55,567 nucleotides of DNA from Acidobacteriota bacterium (GTDB lineage Bacteria; Acidobacteriota; Vicinamibacteria; Vicinamibacterales; UBA2999), in NCBI GenBank assembly GCA_031392125.1, contig JANMUX010000521.1, positions 1 to 55,567 on the forward strand, in the 5' to 3' direction. Of this stretch, positions 36,247 through 48,530 are shown piece after piece. Each line of letters starts with the position of its first letter. Position 1 is the stretch's first letter. The notes under the pieces are model-generated. The model was not told the DNA's origin. It did not search any database and saw nothing but the letters and a program-made list of their open reading frames with translations. The translations under genes were made by a program, and so were the position numbers.

Positions 36247-36954
36247 ATGCCCCTGATTGAAACCCGGAACCTGTGGAAGACATACGTGATGGGCGATGAA
36301 GAAATCCATGCCCTTCGCGGCGTGTCGATTTCCATCGAACGTGGCGAGTACGTCGCCATCATGGGGCCGTCCGGCTCGGGCAAGTCGACGCTGATGAACT
36401 TGATTGGCTGCCTCGATACGCCCAGCAAGGGCACCTACCTCCTGAACGACAAGGAGGTCAGCCTGATGAACGACAACGAGCTGGCGCGCATCCGCAACGA
36501 AGAGATCGGCTTCGTCTTTCAGACCTTCAACCTGCTGCCGCGCGCGTCGGCCCTGCACAACGTCGAATTACCGCTGGTTTACGCCGGCATGTCGAAGACG
36601 GCGCGGCTCGAGCAGGCCAAGGCGGCGATCGAGAAGGTCGAGTTGACGCATCGCATGAGCCACAAGCCCAACGAGCTGTCAGGCGGACAGCGCCAGCGCG
36701 TCGCCATTGCCCGGGCGCTCGTCAACAACCCATCGATCCTGCTGGCCGACGAACCGACCGGCAACCTCGACTCGAAGACCGGCGTGGAGATCATGGCCTT
36801 GTTCGCGCGTCTGCACGAAGCCGGCAACACCATCATCGTCGTGACGCACGAACCCGACATCGCGGCCTACGCGCACCGGGTGATTGCCATTCGTGACGGT
36901 GAAGTGGCGAAAGACATTCGCCAGGAGCCGCACGCCCACGCGGCACACGTGTAG
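36247..36954 (+). CDS. MacB/LolD-type ABC transporter ATP-binding protein with no adjacent permease
   Basis: Walker [10 protein letters not shown], signature LSGGQRQR, Walker [17 protein letters not shown] is typical of the MacB/LolD/FtsE-like group. Confidence 0.85.
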   Translation: MPLIETRNLWKTYVMGDEEIHALRGVSISIERGEYVAIMGPSGSGKSTLMNLIGCLDTPSKGTYLLNDKEVSLMNDNELARIRNEEIGFVFQTFNLLPRASALHNVELPLVYAGMSKTARLEQAKAAIEKVELTHRMSHKPNELSGGQRQRVAIARALVNNPSILLADEPTGNLDSKTGVEIMALFARLHEAGNTIIVVTHEPDIAAYAHRVIAIRDGEVAKDIRQEPHAHAAHV

Positions 36955-36981
36955 CGGCGGCTCTTTGCGATCGACCTGTAG

Positions 36982-37821
36982 CTACTGCGGCAGTATCCGG
37001 CCGGAGGTTTGAAAGCGCTTATAGTTCGAGTAGTTGGCTTCTCCCCACGCTCGTCGGCCGTTGCCCGCGAAGAACTCCTCGCGCATCGACTGCGGCACCA
37101 GTAGTCCCAGACTCTCGTGTTCCCTGAAACTCACCGACACCACGTTGTCGAACGCTGCCGCATCGGGACGCGTGTCGCGGGTAACCACGTCGGCGCGCCA
37201 GAGCCGGCCGTTGGTGGTCTCGACCCAGGCGGTCACGATGCTGCGCATCTGGCCGCCGTCGGTGGCCTTGATGATGGTGGGTGAGAAGGTTTCGACGAAC
37301 ACCAGCCGCGTCGTCCGTTTGCCGCGAACGGTTTCTCGACCCGCGATCCGCACCGAGAACCGCTTCAGGTGCCGTGGGTGCAACATCTCGAGCGGCAGGT
37401 TGGGCAGGTTAATCGTGCGCGGCTCGCCAAGGTTGAAGCGCGCGCTGTCGGCCAGCATCTCCTTAGCCTTCGAGTAGTCGTCCTTGGCGCCGCTCGACAG
37501 CACCTCGCGCAGCGAGCCCGTGGCGTCGGCGACTGCTTCGTTGCCCACCTTCAAGATATGGCGAAACCCAAGCCAGCCGGCCGCGCCCGGCAGCGCCACG
37601 AACGCCACTTCGGATTGCAGCGTCCGCTGGAAGGTGGGCGGTTCGTCCCTTTGCGTCTCCCTGAGGGGTTCGTTCTGCTGCAGCATGCGCTCATCAGCAA
37701 TGAGCTCGCTCAGCTTTGGTTCATAGGCGAGAAGGTAGGTATGCAGCCGCGACGCGAGATCCTCTGCGGTCGGCGGTTGAACCGCAAACACGAGCGCGAG
37801 CGCGGCAGCGGAGAGCTTCAT
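36982..37821 (-). CDS. Secreted hypothetical protein
   Basis: Signal-like MKLSAAALALVFA. The start lies 2 nt after the oppF-like stop. No family recognised. Confidence 0.5.
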   Translation of the reverse strand: MKLSAAALALVFAVQPPTAEDLASRLHTYLLAYEPKLSELIADERMLQQNEPLRETQRDEPPTFQRTLQSEVAFVALPGAAGWLGFRHILKVGNEAVADATGSLREVLSSGAKDDYSKAKEMLADSARFNLGEPRTINLPNLPLEMLHPRHLKRFSVRIAGRETVRGKRTTRLVFVETFSPTIIKATDGGQMRSIVTAWVETTNGRLWRADVVTRDTRPDAAAFDNVVSVSFREHESLGLLVPQSMREEFFAGNGRRAWGEANYSNYKRFQTSGRILPQ

Positions 37822-37823
37822 GT

Positions 37824-38705
37824 CTACACCGCGGCGAAGTGCCCCGCTGAGATCTGGCGAAGAGGTGCGTCGTGCATTACCTGGGCGGAATCGAGCTCGA
37901 TGCGCGCACGAGGCGCGTCGGGGTCGGTCGCCGGCACCGCAGAGAGCAGCGCCTTGGTGTAGGCGTGCTGCGCGTTCGCAAAAATCTCCGGAGTGTCGCC
38001 CATCTCGACGATCCGACCCAGGTACATGACGGCGACCCGGGTCGAGATGTGACGCACCAGGCGGAGATCGTGGGCAATGAACAGGTAGGTGAGCTTGAGC
38101 TGTTCCTGCAGGTCCATCAGCAGGTTGATGACCTGCGCCTGGATCGAGACGTCGAGCGCCGACACCGGTTCATCCGCGATGATGAATGACGGGTTGAGCG
38201 CGAGCGCCCGTGCCAGGCCAATACGCTGCCGCTGGCCGCCGCTGAACTCATGGGGATAGCGGTCGAGATGGGCAGGGTCGAGGCCCACCAGCTTGAACAG
38301 GTCCGCGACCCGCTCGCGCCGCTCCGGCTTCGAGCCGATCGAGTGAATCACCAGCGGTTCCTCGACGATGGTGAAGGCGCGCATGCGGGGGTTAAGCGAC
38401 GAGTAGGGATCCTGGAACACCATCTGCATGTCGCGTCGGGCCGCGCGCATCTGCGAGCTCGTGTAGCCCAGCACGTTCTTCCCGCGGAACAGCACTGCAC
38501 CAGAAGTTGGTTCCACCAGTCGCAGCATGCATCGCCCGGTCGTGCTCTTGCCGCTTCCCGATTCGCCGACGAGCGCGAACGTCTCGCCCTCGTTCACCAC
38601 GAAGCTCACATCGTCCACCGCCTTGACGACGGTCTTGGCGCGGAAGAACCCGCCACCGCGTTCGAAGTGTTTGACGAGGTTCCTGACCTCGACCAGCGGC
38701 GTCAT
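37824..38705 (-). CDS. Oligopeptide/dipeptide-type ABC transporter ATP-binding protein (OppF/DppF-like)
   Basis: ATG 38705 in ATGA overlap with the upstream gene. [24 protein letters not shown]. Confidence 0.85.
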   Translation of the reverse strand: MTPLVEVRNLVKHFERGGGFFRAKTVVKAVDDVSFVVNEGETFALVGESGSGKSTTGRCMLRLVEPTSGAVLFRGKNVLGYTSSQMRAARRDMQMVFQDPYSSLNPRMRAFTIVEEPLVIHSIGSKPERRERVADLFKLVGLDPAHLDRYPHEFSGGQRQRIGLARALALNPSFIIADEPVSALDVSIQAQVINLLMDLQEQLKLTYLFIAHDLRLVRHISTRVAVMYLGRIVEMGDTPEIFANAQHAYTKALLSAVPATDPDAPRARIELDSAQVMHDAPLRQISAGHFAAV

Positions 38706-39709
38706 GGCCGGCCTCCATGGAGGTAACACCGCACGGAGTGCTCCACCTTCGCGCCAAGCGCTACGGCGGACAGGTCGTTGCCAATCACCGTCTGCGGTGG
38801 GAATGCCGTGTCGCACACGGGCATGCGGTCGCCACAACGGGGCGCGAACGAACAACCAGGCGGCAATGATGCAAGGTTAGGAACGGTGCCCTCAATCGCT
38901 CGCAGCCGCGAACCCGCGGCGCCGCCCGGGATAGAGGCGAGCAACCCCCTGGTGTACGGATGCTTCGGCTGATGGAAGATCTCCCGGACTGTTCCCTGCT
39001 CGACGATACGGCCGGCGTACATCACCGCCACGCGGTCGGCGGTTTCGGCGATCACACCGAGGTCGTGGGTGATGAGCAGGAGAGACAGGTCGAACTGCTT
39101 CTTCATGTCGCGCAGCAGGTCGAGAATCTGCGCCTGCACGGTGACGTCGAGCGCGGTCGTGGGTTCGTCGGCAATCAGCAGCGGCGGCTTGCAGGCCAAG
39201 GCGACCGCCATCATCACGCGCTGGCGCAGTCCGCCCGACAATTGATGTGGGTAATCGTCCACTCGTTTTTCCGGGTCAGTGATCTTCACCGCGCGCAGCA
39301 GATCGATGGCGCGGCTGCGGGCCTCGACCTTCGAGGCCAGGCCGTGCACGACCAACGCCTCGGCGATGTGCGCGCCGACCCTCATCACCGGATTGAGCGC
39401 CGCCATGGGCTCCTGGAACACGAAACCGATGCCGGCGCCACGCACCTTGCGCATCTCGCGCTCGGGCAGGCTTGCCAGATCGCGGCCCTGGAACATCACG
39501 CGCCCCGATGCCACGCGACCGGGTGGCTGCAGGAGCCCGATGATCGAGAACGCGGTCACCGACTTGCCGCTGCCCGACTCGCCGACCAGGCCGAGCGTTT
39601 CGCCCTTGCGGACCTCGAACGACACGGCGTTGACCGCGACTACGGGCCGCGGCGCGACGTCGAACACCGTCGTCAGGTTTTCGACTGAGAGAAAAGGAAC
39701 CTGCTTCAC
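38702..39709 (-). CDS. Oligopeptide/dipeptide-type ABC transporter ATP-binding protein (OppD/DppD-like)
   Basis: [26 protein letters not shown]-terminal Cys-containing oligopeptide-ABC domain (CSFAPRC...C). Confidence 0.85.
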   Translation of the reverse strand: MKQVPFLSVENLTTVFDVAPRPVVAVNAVSFEVRKGETLGLVGESGSGKSVTAFSIIGLLQPPGRVASGRVMFQGRDLASLPEREMRKVRGAGIGFVFQEPMAALNPVMRVGAHIAEALVVHGLASKVEARSRAIDLLRAVKITDPEKRVDDYPHQLSGGLRQRVMMAVALACKPPLLIADEPTTALDVTVQAQILDLLRDMKKQFDLSLLLITHDLGVIAETADRVAVMYAGRIVEQGTVREIFHQPKHPYTRGLLASIPGGAAGSRLRAIEGTVPNLASLPPGCSFAPRCGDRMPVCDTAFPPQTVIGNDLSAVALGAKVEHSVRCYLHGGRP

Positions 39710-39727
39710 TTTTACGGTTTACGTAAG

Positions 39728-41308
<1,581 letters not shown>

Positions 41309-41351
41309 CCGCCCAAGTCACAGTAAAAACACAACTTATGGTGTTCTCCCC

Positions 41352-41380
41352 TTGACACGACCCCAACCCCTTCATAGAAT
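41352..41380 (+). promoter_or_regulatory. Near-consensus sigma70 promoter (TTGACA-17 nt-TAGAAT)
   Basis: TTGACA 41352-41357, 17-nt spacer, TAGAAT 41375-41380. Points at the small ORF starting at 41543. Confidence 0.6.
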
Positions 41381-41542
41381 GTCCGGGAATTTCCCAACTG
41401 AATCGTCCCACCACAATGACGACTTTTCGCCGATGTCCGCCCGCCGCCCGGTGGGTTTTGCATCGGCAACTGCCGACGGTCCCAGCCGATTGGCGAAATG
41501 CGGGTGAACCCGGAGGTTTGCCCCACGGAAGGGAGCCGTCCT

Positions 41543-41863
41543 ATGGATGACGTGGTAAACCGGTTCGCGCGAGAGCTGGCCGACTCCATTGCCGCAGCTG
41601 TTTCCGAAAGTGCAGAAGTTGAAGCGTGCCGCGAGCGGGCGCGCGCGGCCGGTTACGAGATGAAAGTGAATCTCGAGGCGGTTGTGGGCTTCGTGAATCG
41701 CGGGCAACCGCAGGGCGTGGGCGCAGCCGTTCCCGCGGCGATAACGTCCACTTCTAAGGCGCTTGTCCCGCGCAAGCCGCTCGACATGACGGTCAATGAC
41801 CGCCGCTTCCTGCGATCGCTGCGGATCGCAGCGGAAGAGGTCAAGGTCGAAGAGACGAACTGA
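41543..41863 (+). CDS. Small hypothetical protein (106 aa)
   Basis: ATG 41543 preceded by GGGAG. Moderately G/C-rich third positions. C-terminal DRRFLRSLRI motif. No family recognised. Confidence 0.5.
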   Translation: MDDVVNRFARELADSIAAAVSESAEVEACRERARAAGYEMKVNLEAVVGFVNRGQPQGVGAAVPAAITSTSKALVPRKPLDMTVNDRRFLRSLRIAAEEVKVEETN

Positions 41864-41871
41864 TCGGGGAT

Positions 41872-41898
41872 CAGGGATCAGGGTTGCCCTGGTCCCTG
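41872..41898. terminator. Hairpin between convergent genes
   Basis: cagggatcaggg / ccctggtccctg, a 12-bp stem with one G-U pair and a 3-nt loop. Preceded by three GATCRGGG-like words. Confidence 0.55.
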
Positions 41899-42648
41899 CT
41901 ACTTAATCGCCGTCCCCTGGGCGGCGACCGCGGCAGCCGCTTTCGTGATGGCATCGGCATCGCCCAGGTAATAACTTTTCAGCGGCTTCAGGGCCGAATC
42001 CAATTCGTAAACCAGTGGAACGCCGGTCGGGATGTTGAGCTCGACAATCGCGGCGTCCGAGACCCCGTCCAGGTACTTCACGAGTGCGCGCAACGAGTTG
42101 CCGTGCGCGACAATGATCACGCGTTGGCCCGCGGCGATGGCGGGTGCAATCGATTCGTGCCAGTACGGCAGAAAGCGATCCACGGTGTCTTTGAGCGATT
42201 CTGCGAGTGGCAGGTCTGACGCGGCCAGGCTTTGGTAGCGCGGATCGCGTGACGGGTGTCGCGGGTCGTCTGCGGTGAGCGGCGGCGGCGGAATGTCGTA
42301 GGCCCGTCGCCATATTTTGACCTGCTGATCGCCATGCTTGGCGGCGGTCTCCGCTTTGTTCAAACCCTGGAGTGCGCCGTAATGCCGCTCGTTCAGCCGC
42401 CAGCTGCGCTGGACAGGCAGCCACAGCTGGTCGAGCTCGTCGAGCACGAGGTTGCTGGTCCGAATGGCGCGCTTCAGCAGCGATGTGAAGACCAGGTCAA
42501 AGCCGTACCCTTCGTGCTTCAACAGCTGACCGGCGGCGCGCGCTTCTTCGCGACCCTTGTCGCTCAGGTCAACGTCGGTCCACCCCGTGAAGCGGCCCTC
42601 TTTGTTCCAGGTCGATTCGCCGTGCCTGATGAGAACAAGCTTGTGCAT
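41899..42648 (-). CDS. gpmA: 2,3-bisphosphoglycerate-dependent phosphoglycerate mutase
   Basis: [27 protein letters not shown]-terminus. ATG 42648 preferred over TTG 42660. Confidence 0.9.
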   Translation of the reverse strand: MHKLVLIRHGESTWNKEGRFTGWTDVDLSDKGREEARAAGQLLKHEGYGFDLVFTSLLKRAIRTSNLVLDELDQLWLPVQRSWRLNERHYGALQGLNKAETAAKHGDQQVKIWRRAYDIPPPPLTADDPRHPSRDPRYQSLAASDLPLAESLKDTVDRFLPYWHESIAPAIAAGQRVIIVAHGNSLRALVKYLDGVSDAAIVELNIPTGVPLVYELDSALKPLKSYYLGDADAITKAAAAVAAQGTAIK

Positions 42649-42681
42649 AAGAAGACTCAAAACACGAAGCTCACTTCGTAT

Positions 42682-43995
<1,314 letters not shown>

Positions 43996-44004
43996 CTAAA
44001 GGAA

Positions 44005-44104
44005 GCCACAGGACACAGAAGACACAGAGTAGCTATTTTGGTTACTGGGATTCAACGGTAGCCTTTTCCAAGAATGGCTCTGTGTTCTCTGCGTCCTCTG
44101 AGGC
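44005..44104. repeat. Long imperfect inverted repeat (~100 nt stem-loop) in the glgC-eno spacer
   Basis: Outer arms gccacaggacacagaagacacagag (44005-44029) versus ctctgtgttctctgcgtcctctgaggc (44078-44104). About 20 of 25 positions are complementary with a 2-nt bulge by manual alignment. Inner arms agctattttgg / ccaagaatggc extend the stem. Confidence 0.65.
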
Positions 44105-44114
44105 TAACGTTCGT

Positions 44115-45389
44115 TCAGCCGCGTCGGTCGGCTTCTGCTTCAAGTCGCAGGGCCTCTTCGGTGATTGGCCCGACATACGGCTCCTCACCTGGCGCAACCA
44201 CGACCACGCCGCCTTCCGATACGGTGTGGCGCCTACGATCTTCTTCAGGGTTGTAGCCGATGGTGGCGCCGCGCGGAATGTCGACATCGCGGTCGATGAT
44301 GGCCCGGCGGATCTGGGCATGCCGTCCAACCCGCACGCCCGGCATCAAAATCGACTGCTCGATGCTGCAGAAGCTATGCACGCGCACGTTGGGGCACAGG
44401 ATGCTGCCGTGAATGCGGCTGCCCGAGACGATGCAGCCTTGCGAGATCAGGGAGTCTTGCGCCTCGCCCCGCCGCCAGTCTTCGGCGAACACGAACTTCG
44501 CCGGCGGCGCCTGCGGCATGTAGGTGCGCAGCGGCCACTCGGGGTCATACATGTTGAACTCGGGATTGACGTGACACAAGTCCATCTGGGCTTCGTAATA
44601 CGCGTCGAGCGTCCCGATGTCGCGCCAGTACTTCGCCGCCTTCTTGTTTTCGTCGTAGAAGGGATAGGCAAAGGTGCGGCCGTGGCCAATCAGCGCCGGA
44701 ATTATGTCTTTGCCGAAATCGTGGCTGCTGGCCGGTTTCGCAGCATCTTCCTTGAGCGCCTGAATCAGCACGTCGCTTGTGAAGACGTAGATGCCCTTCG
44801 AGGCGAGCGCCATGTCGGGTTGCCCGGGCATGCCCGGTGGATTCAGCGGCTTCTCGAGAAAGCCGGTGACCTTGTCCTGCTCGTCAACGGCGACAATGCC
44901 AAAGCGCTTACCGTCGTCGATCGGCACCTCAATTGCCGCCAAGGTGACCTCGGCCCCCATGTCCTGATGGAACCGCAACATCTTCTGATAATCCATCTTG
45001 TAAACGTGATCGCCAGCCAAGACCACGACGTACTTGGGCGTCTCGCGAATGATGGAGTACAGGTTCTGGTAGACGGCGTCGGCGGTGCCTTGGTACCACT
45101 GCTCGCCGACCCGTTTCTGCGGCGGCAGGATCTCGATGAATTCGCCCAGCTCTTCCGACACCACGGTCCACCCCTGTCGAATGTGGCGGTTGAGTGACAG
45201 GGACTTGTACTGTGTGGCGATGAAGACGTGGCGCAGTCCCGAGTTGATGCAATTGCTCAGGACAAAGTCGATGATGCGGTAAGGGCCGCCGAAGTACACC
45301 GCGGGCTTGGCCCGATCCTTCGTCAACGGAGCCAGGCGTTCACCGGCTCCGCCTGCGAGCACAATTACGAGGACGTCGTCACGCAGCAT
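44115..45389 (-). CDS. glgC: Glucose-1-phosphate adenylyltransferase
   Basis: VLAGGAGERLAPLTKDRAKPAVYFGGPYRIIDFVLSNCINSG N-terminus. 424 aa. Confidence 0.9.
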   Translation of the reverse strand: MLRDDVLVIVLAGGAGERLAPLTKDRAKPAVYFGGPYRIIDFVLSNCINSGLRHVFIATQYKSLSLNRHIRQGWTVVSEELGEFIEILPPQKRVGEQWYQGTADAVYQNLYSIIRETPKYVVVLAGDHVYKMDYQKMLRFHQDMGAEVTLAAIEVPIDDGKRFGIVAVDEQDKVTGFLEKPLNPPGMPGQPDMALASKGIYVFTSDVLIQALKEDAAKPASSHDFGKDIIPALIGHGRTFAYPFYDENKKAAKYWRDIGTLDAYYEAQMDLCHVNPEFNMYDPEWPLRTYMPQAPPAKFVFAEDWRRGEAQDSLISQGCIVSGSRIHGSILCPNVRVHSFCSIEQSILMPGVRVGRHAQIRRAIIDRDVDIPRGATIGYNPEEDRRRHTVSEGGVVVVAPGEEPYVGPITEEALRLEAEADRRG

Positions 45390-45467
45390 GGTGGCAGTTT
45401 CTGCACCATATCACCGGATGTCTCCGAATTGGCGCTAAACCTCTACTGTAACAACGCTTTAGCGTGG

Positions 45468-45497
45468 TTGACTTGGCGGCGGCGGCCCTCCTATCAT
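45468..45497 (+). promoter_or_regulatory. Possible sigma70 promoter (TTGACT-18 nt-TATCAT)
   Basis: TTGACT 45468-45473 and TATCAT 45492-45497, ~55 nt upstream of ATG 45554. Confidence 0.35.
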
Positions 45498-45553
45498 TTG
45501 TGGATCGGAAGTCTTGGGACGTGCTTTGGCGCGCCCGTTTTGAGGGGGAACTG

Positions 45554-46564
45554 ATGATGGTATTTCGGCGTGCAACGGCCGTGGCAGTCGCGCTGGTAGT
45601 GTCGGCAACTTTTGCCGTGGCACAGACGGCTCCGAAGAAGGACGAGAAGAAGCGCAGTAAGCAGGAGCAGCAGGAGATCGAGCAGATCGTGAAGCTCGTG
45701 GACGGCGTGATGGCCGGCCAGCCTGCGCCCGGCGACATCACGATGTCGATCGAACCCTTCTTCATGAAGTCGCAGGAAGCACGCACGTTCGTGCCCTTCG
45801 TGCTGAGCGTGAACAACGCGCCCAAGACGGACGCCGCGCTTTACATTCGCGTGGTCAACCCGTCGGCCGTGCCCGACCCGAAGGCCAAGAAGGTCGAATA
45901 CCCCTGGGATGACATTCACTTCGTGCCAGCCGCGCAGGTCGCCGGCGACGCGCCCAAGCTGAATCGTGTGTTCATGGCGACGGCCGGCACCTACGACGTC
46001 TACATCGCATACAAGGAACGCGTGCCCGAGAAGGCGCCGAAGAACACCCTGGCCAAGACCGGCGTGCTGAAGACGCAGATCACGGTGCCCGACTTCTACA
46101 ACGCCGAGCTCAACACCAGCACCATCCTGGTGGCAGACAAGGTCAACATGCTGTCGGCGCCGCCCAACCCGGATGAGGCGCGCGAGCGTCCCTTCGTGTT
46201 CGGCACGCAGGAACTGCTGCCCGCGCCAGACATGGAATTCAAGAAGGCTGACGAACTGTCGATTTTCTTCCAGGTCTACAACTCCGGTCTCGATGCCGGC
46301 GGCAAGCCGGATCTGACCCTGGAATACGAGTTCCACAAGACCGAAGCGGGCGCCGAGAAGTTCTTCAACAAGACCAATCCGCAGGTTGTCAACGCGTCAA
46401 TGCTGCCGCCGCAGTTCGACCCTGCCAAGTTCCCGGTTCCCGGCGGCATTACGGTCCCGCTGGCGTCGTTTGGTGAAGGCCAGTATCGGCTGGGAATCAA
46501 GATCACCGATAAGGCCGCCAACAAGACCATTACCCGCGACATCAAGTTCACCGTCAAAGGGTAG
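45554..46564 (+). CDS. Secreted hypothetical protein
   Basis: ATGATG at 45554 preceded by GAGGGGG. Signal peptide MMVFRRATAVAVALVVSATFAVAQ. Lys/Glu-rich segment, then a beta-rich body. Confidence 0.6.
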   Translation: MMVFRRATAVAVALVVSATFAVAQTAPKKDEKKRSKQEQQEIEQIVKLVDGVMAGQPAPGDITMSIEPFFMKSQEARTFVPFVLSVNNAPKTDAALYIRVVNPSAVPDPKAKKVEYPWDDIHFVPAAQVAGDAPKLNRVFMATAGTYDVYIAYKERVPEKAPKNTLAKTGVLKTQITVPDFYNAELNTSTILVADKVNMLSAPPNPDEARERPFVFGTQELLPAPDMEFKKADELSIFFQVYNSGLDAGGKPDLTLEYEFHKTEAGAEKFFNKTNPQVVNASMLPPQFDPAKFPVPGGITVPLASFGEGQYRLGIKITDKAANKTITRDIKFTVKG

Positions 46565-46613
46565 GGACGAACGCCTATACAGGCGTCCGGCGAAGGCGTA
46601 GAATATTCAGACT

Positions 46614-46638
46614 GCCCGCCCCCTAACCGGGGGCGGGC
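46614..46638 (+). other. GC-rich hairpin in the spacer before the outer-membrane protein gene
   Basis: gcccgccccc / gggggcgggc, a 10-bp perfect stem with 5-nt loop taacc. No U-tract. Could be a terminator or a 5'-UTR structure. Confidence 0.5.
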
Positions 46639-46649
46639 GGCAACTTCAG

Positions 46650-48530
46650 ATGGGCACCCCCCGTCGCCTGCTCGCCCCGGTTTCAATGCTCTGCCTGCTG
46701 GCATTGCACTCGACCCCTGTCTCGGCCCAATCCACGCAGTTCGATCGCGTTACCAATCTCGCCAACGCCACCACGGGCCACATCGAAGGTTCAGTGACGG
46801 ACGAAGCCGGCAAGCCGCTGGACGGCGTGGTAATTTCCGCGCTTGGCAGCACGACGGCGTTCGCGGTGTCCGATAAGGCCGGCCAGTTCACACTTCGCCA
46901 ACTGCCACCGGGCGCTTACCTGCTCCGCGCGCACTTGCAAGGGTTCCACGCGCCGCGCAGCACGATGATCAACGTGCGGCCCGCCGTGCGCAGCGCATCG
47001 ACCTTCACGTTGCGCCGCGAAGGCACGGCCGGCGCGCCGCGCCTGACCGACGCCTCGGTGGCGACCACCACCATCGACGCACCAGCCGAAGCCGGCGCGA
47101 AGAAAGAAGGCCGCGGCGAAAGCGATTTTGCCTGGCGGCTGCGTCACCTGAAGCGCGGCGTGCTGCGCGAGGCCGAGATGCGCGCAGGCATCGCGCAAGA
47201 CGATGACTGGTTCATCACCGACTCGGTACAGTTCCTCGGCCGCGCGGTGGGGACGTCGGCCAAGGCCGCTACGGCGCTGTTCTCCGACTTGTCGCTCGGC
47301 GGCCAGGTCAACCTGCTCACCACCGGAGCGTTCGACAATCCGCTCCAGTTGCTGCAACTCGAGCGCACCAGCAGCGTTGCGTTCTTCTCGCTCGGCGCGC
47401 CCGTGGGCACGCATGGCGATTGGGCCGTGCGCGCGGCGATGAACCAGAATGACCTCAGTTCCTGGATGCTCGCCGGCAGCTACGTGGTCACCGCGCAGGT
47501 GCCGCACCGTTACCAGGTGGGCATGTCATACAGCCTGCAACGCTACGAAGGCGGCAACACCGCGGCGATGATGGCGCTGGCCGACACCGCGCGCAACGTC
47601 GGTTCGGTGTTCGCGTTCGACGAATGGCAAGTGTCGCGCTACCTGTCGGTCGGTTACGGCGCCACCTACGCTCATTACGACTACCTGCAGGAAGGGCCGT
47701 CGCTGTTCAGCCCGCGCCTGTCGGCCACTCTTTCTCCCACGAAGAGCCTGCGCCTGCGTTTCGCGGCGTCGCGCGAGGTCAGCGCGCCGGGCGCCGAAGA
47801 GTTCCTGCCGCCGACTACCGCGGCTTACCTGCCGCCGCAGCGCACCTTCTCGCCGATTTCACAGGCCGGCATTCGCACGCAGAAGTTCCAGAATTACGAA
47901 GTCGGCGTCGATCGGGTGTTCAACGGCGCCACCATTGGCGTGCGCGCCTTCGAGCAGCGGATTGACGATCAGACGGTGACCGCGTTCGGCCTGCGGAAGA
48001 GCGATAGCGTGGCCGCGGCGCTCGGTCACTATTACGTCGGTGCGGCCGGTGACGTGGATGTTCGCGGCGTTGGTGTCACGCTGACGCATGCCTTGTTCGA
48101 CAACGTCCGCGGCTCAGTGGATTATTCGGTGTCCAACGCCAACTGGCTGGCGCGCAGCACGCCGGTAGAGTACGCCGTGTTGACGCGCTGGATCCCGTCA
48201 GCCGTTCGTAACAACGAACGCATACACGACGTGACCACGTCATTACAGACCGAGATTCCCCTGACCGCGACGCGCGTGGTCGTGCTCTACAAGTTGAATA
48301 CCGGCTTTGCGTCAGCTGCCAGGGACCAGGGCCCCGGTTTCGACGCGCGCTTCGACTTGCAGGTGAACCAGGCGCTGCCGTTCATGAACTTCCGCACCTC
48401 GCAGTGGGAGATGCTGGTCGGCGTCCGCAGCCTGTTCCACGAATCGCTCGCCAACGCCTCCGCTTACGACGAGATTCTCGTCGTGCGCCCGCCCAAGCGG
48501 ATTGTCGGCGGCCTCACCGTCAAGTTCTAA
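46650..48530 (+). CDS. Outer-membrane beta-barrel protein with N-terminal carboxypeptidase-regulatory-like domain
   Basis: Signal peptide. GHIEGSVTDEAGKPLDGVVISA...DKAGQFTLRQLPPGAYLLRA (CarboxypepD_reg). Beta-strand-rich body. C-terminal GGLTVKF. Confidence 0.75.
   Translation: MGTPRRLLAPVSMLCLLALHSTPVSAQSTQFDRVTNLANATTGHIEGSVTDEAGKPLDGVVISALGSTTAFAVSDKAGQFTLRQLPPGAYLLRAHLQGFHAPRSTMINVRPAVRSASTFTLRREGTAGAPRLTDASVATTTIDAPAEAGAKKEGRGESDFAWRLRHLKRGVLREAEMRAGIAQDDDWFITDSVQFLGRAVGTSAKAATALFSDLSLGGQVNLLTTGAFDNPLQLLQLERTSSVAFFSLGAPVGTHGDWAVRAAMNQNDLSSWMLAGSYVVTAQVPHRYQVGMSYSLQRYEGGNTAAMMALADTARNVGSVFAFDEWQVSRYLSVGYGATYAHYDYLQEGPSLFSPRLSATLSPTKSLRLRFAASREVSAPGAEEFLPPTTAAYLPPQRTFSPISQAGIRTQKFQNYEVGVDRVFNGATIGVRAFEQRIDDQTVTAFGLRKSDSVAAALGHYYVGAAGDVDVRGVGVTLTHALFDNVRGSVDYSVSNANWLARSTPVEYAVLTRWIPSAVRNNERIHDVTTSLQTEIPLTATRVVVLYKLNTGFASAARDQGPGFDARFDLQVNQALPFMNFRTSQWEMLVGVRSLFHESLANASAYDEILVVRPPKRIVGGLTVKF

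Noticed and set aside
41490-41540. Possible cobalamin riboswitch, suggested by GGGTGAACCCGG...GCCCCACGG and the B12-dependent mutase next door
   Set aside because: The similarity to the B12-box region is loose. The element is on the opposite strand from the mutase. I cannot verify it without a covariance-model scan.
41416-41550. 44-codon upstream ORF in the leader, overlapping the 41543 start (ATGGATGA)
   Set aside because: Only about 58 percent G/C at third positions by my count, far below coding regions here, and no SD. Treated as non-coding leader.
45452-45462. 11-mer caacgctttag shared with 49782-49792 in two divergent promoter regions
   Set aside because: An 11-nt match between two spots in a 55-kb window is expected by chance many times over. 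No sigma54 element accompanies the 45452 copy.
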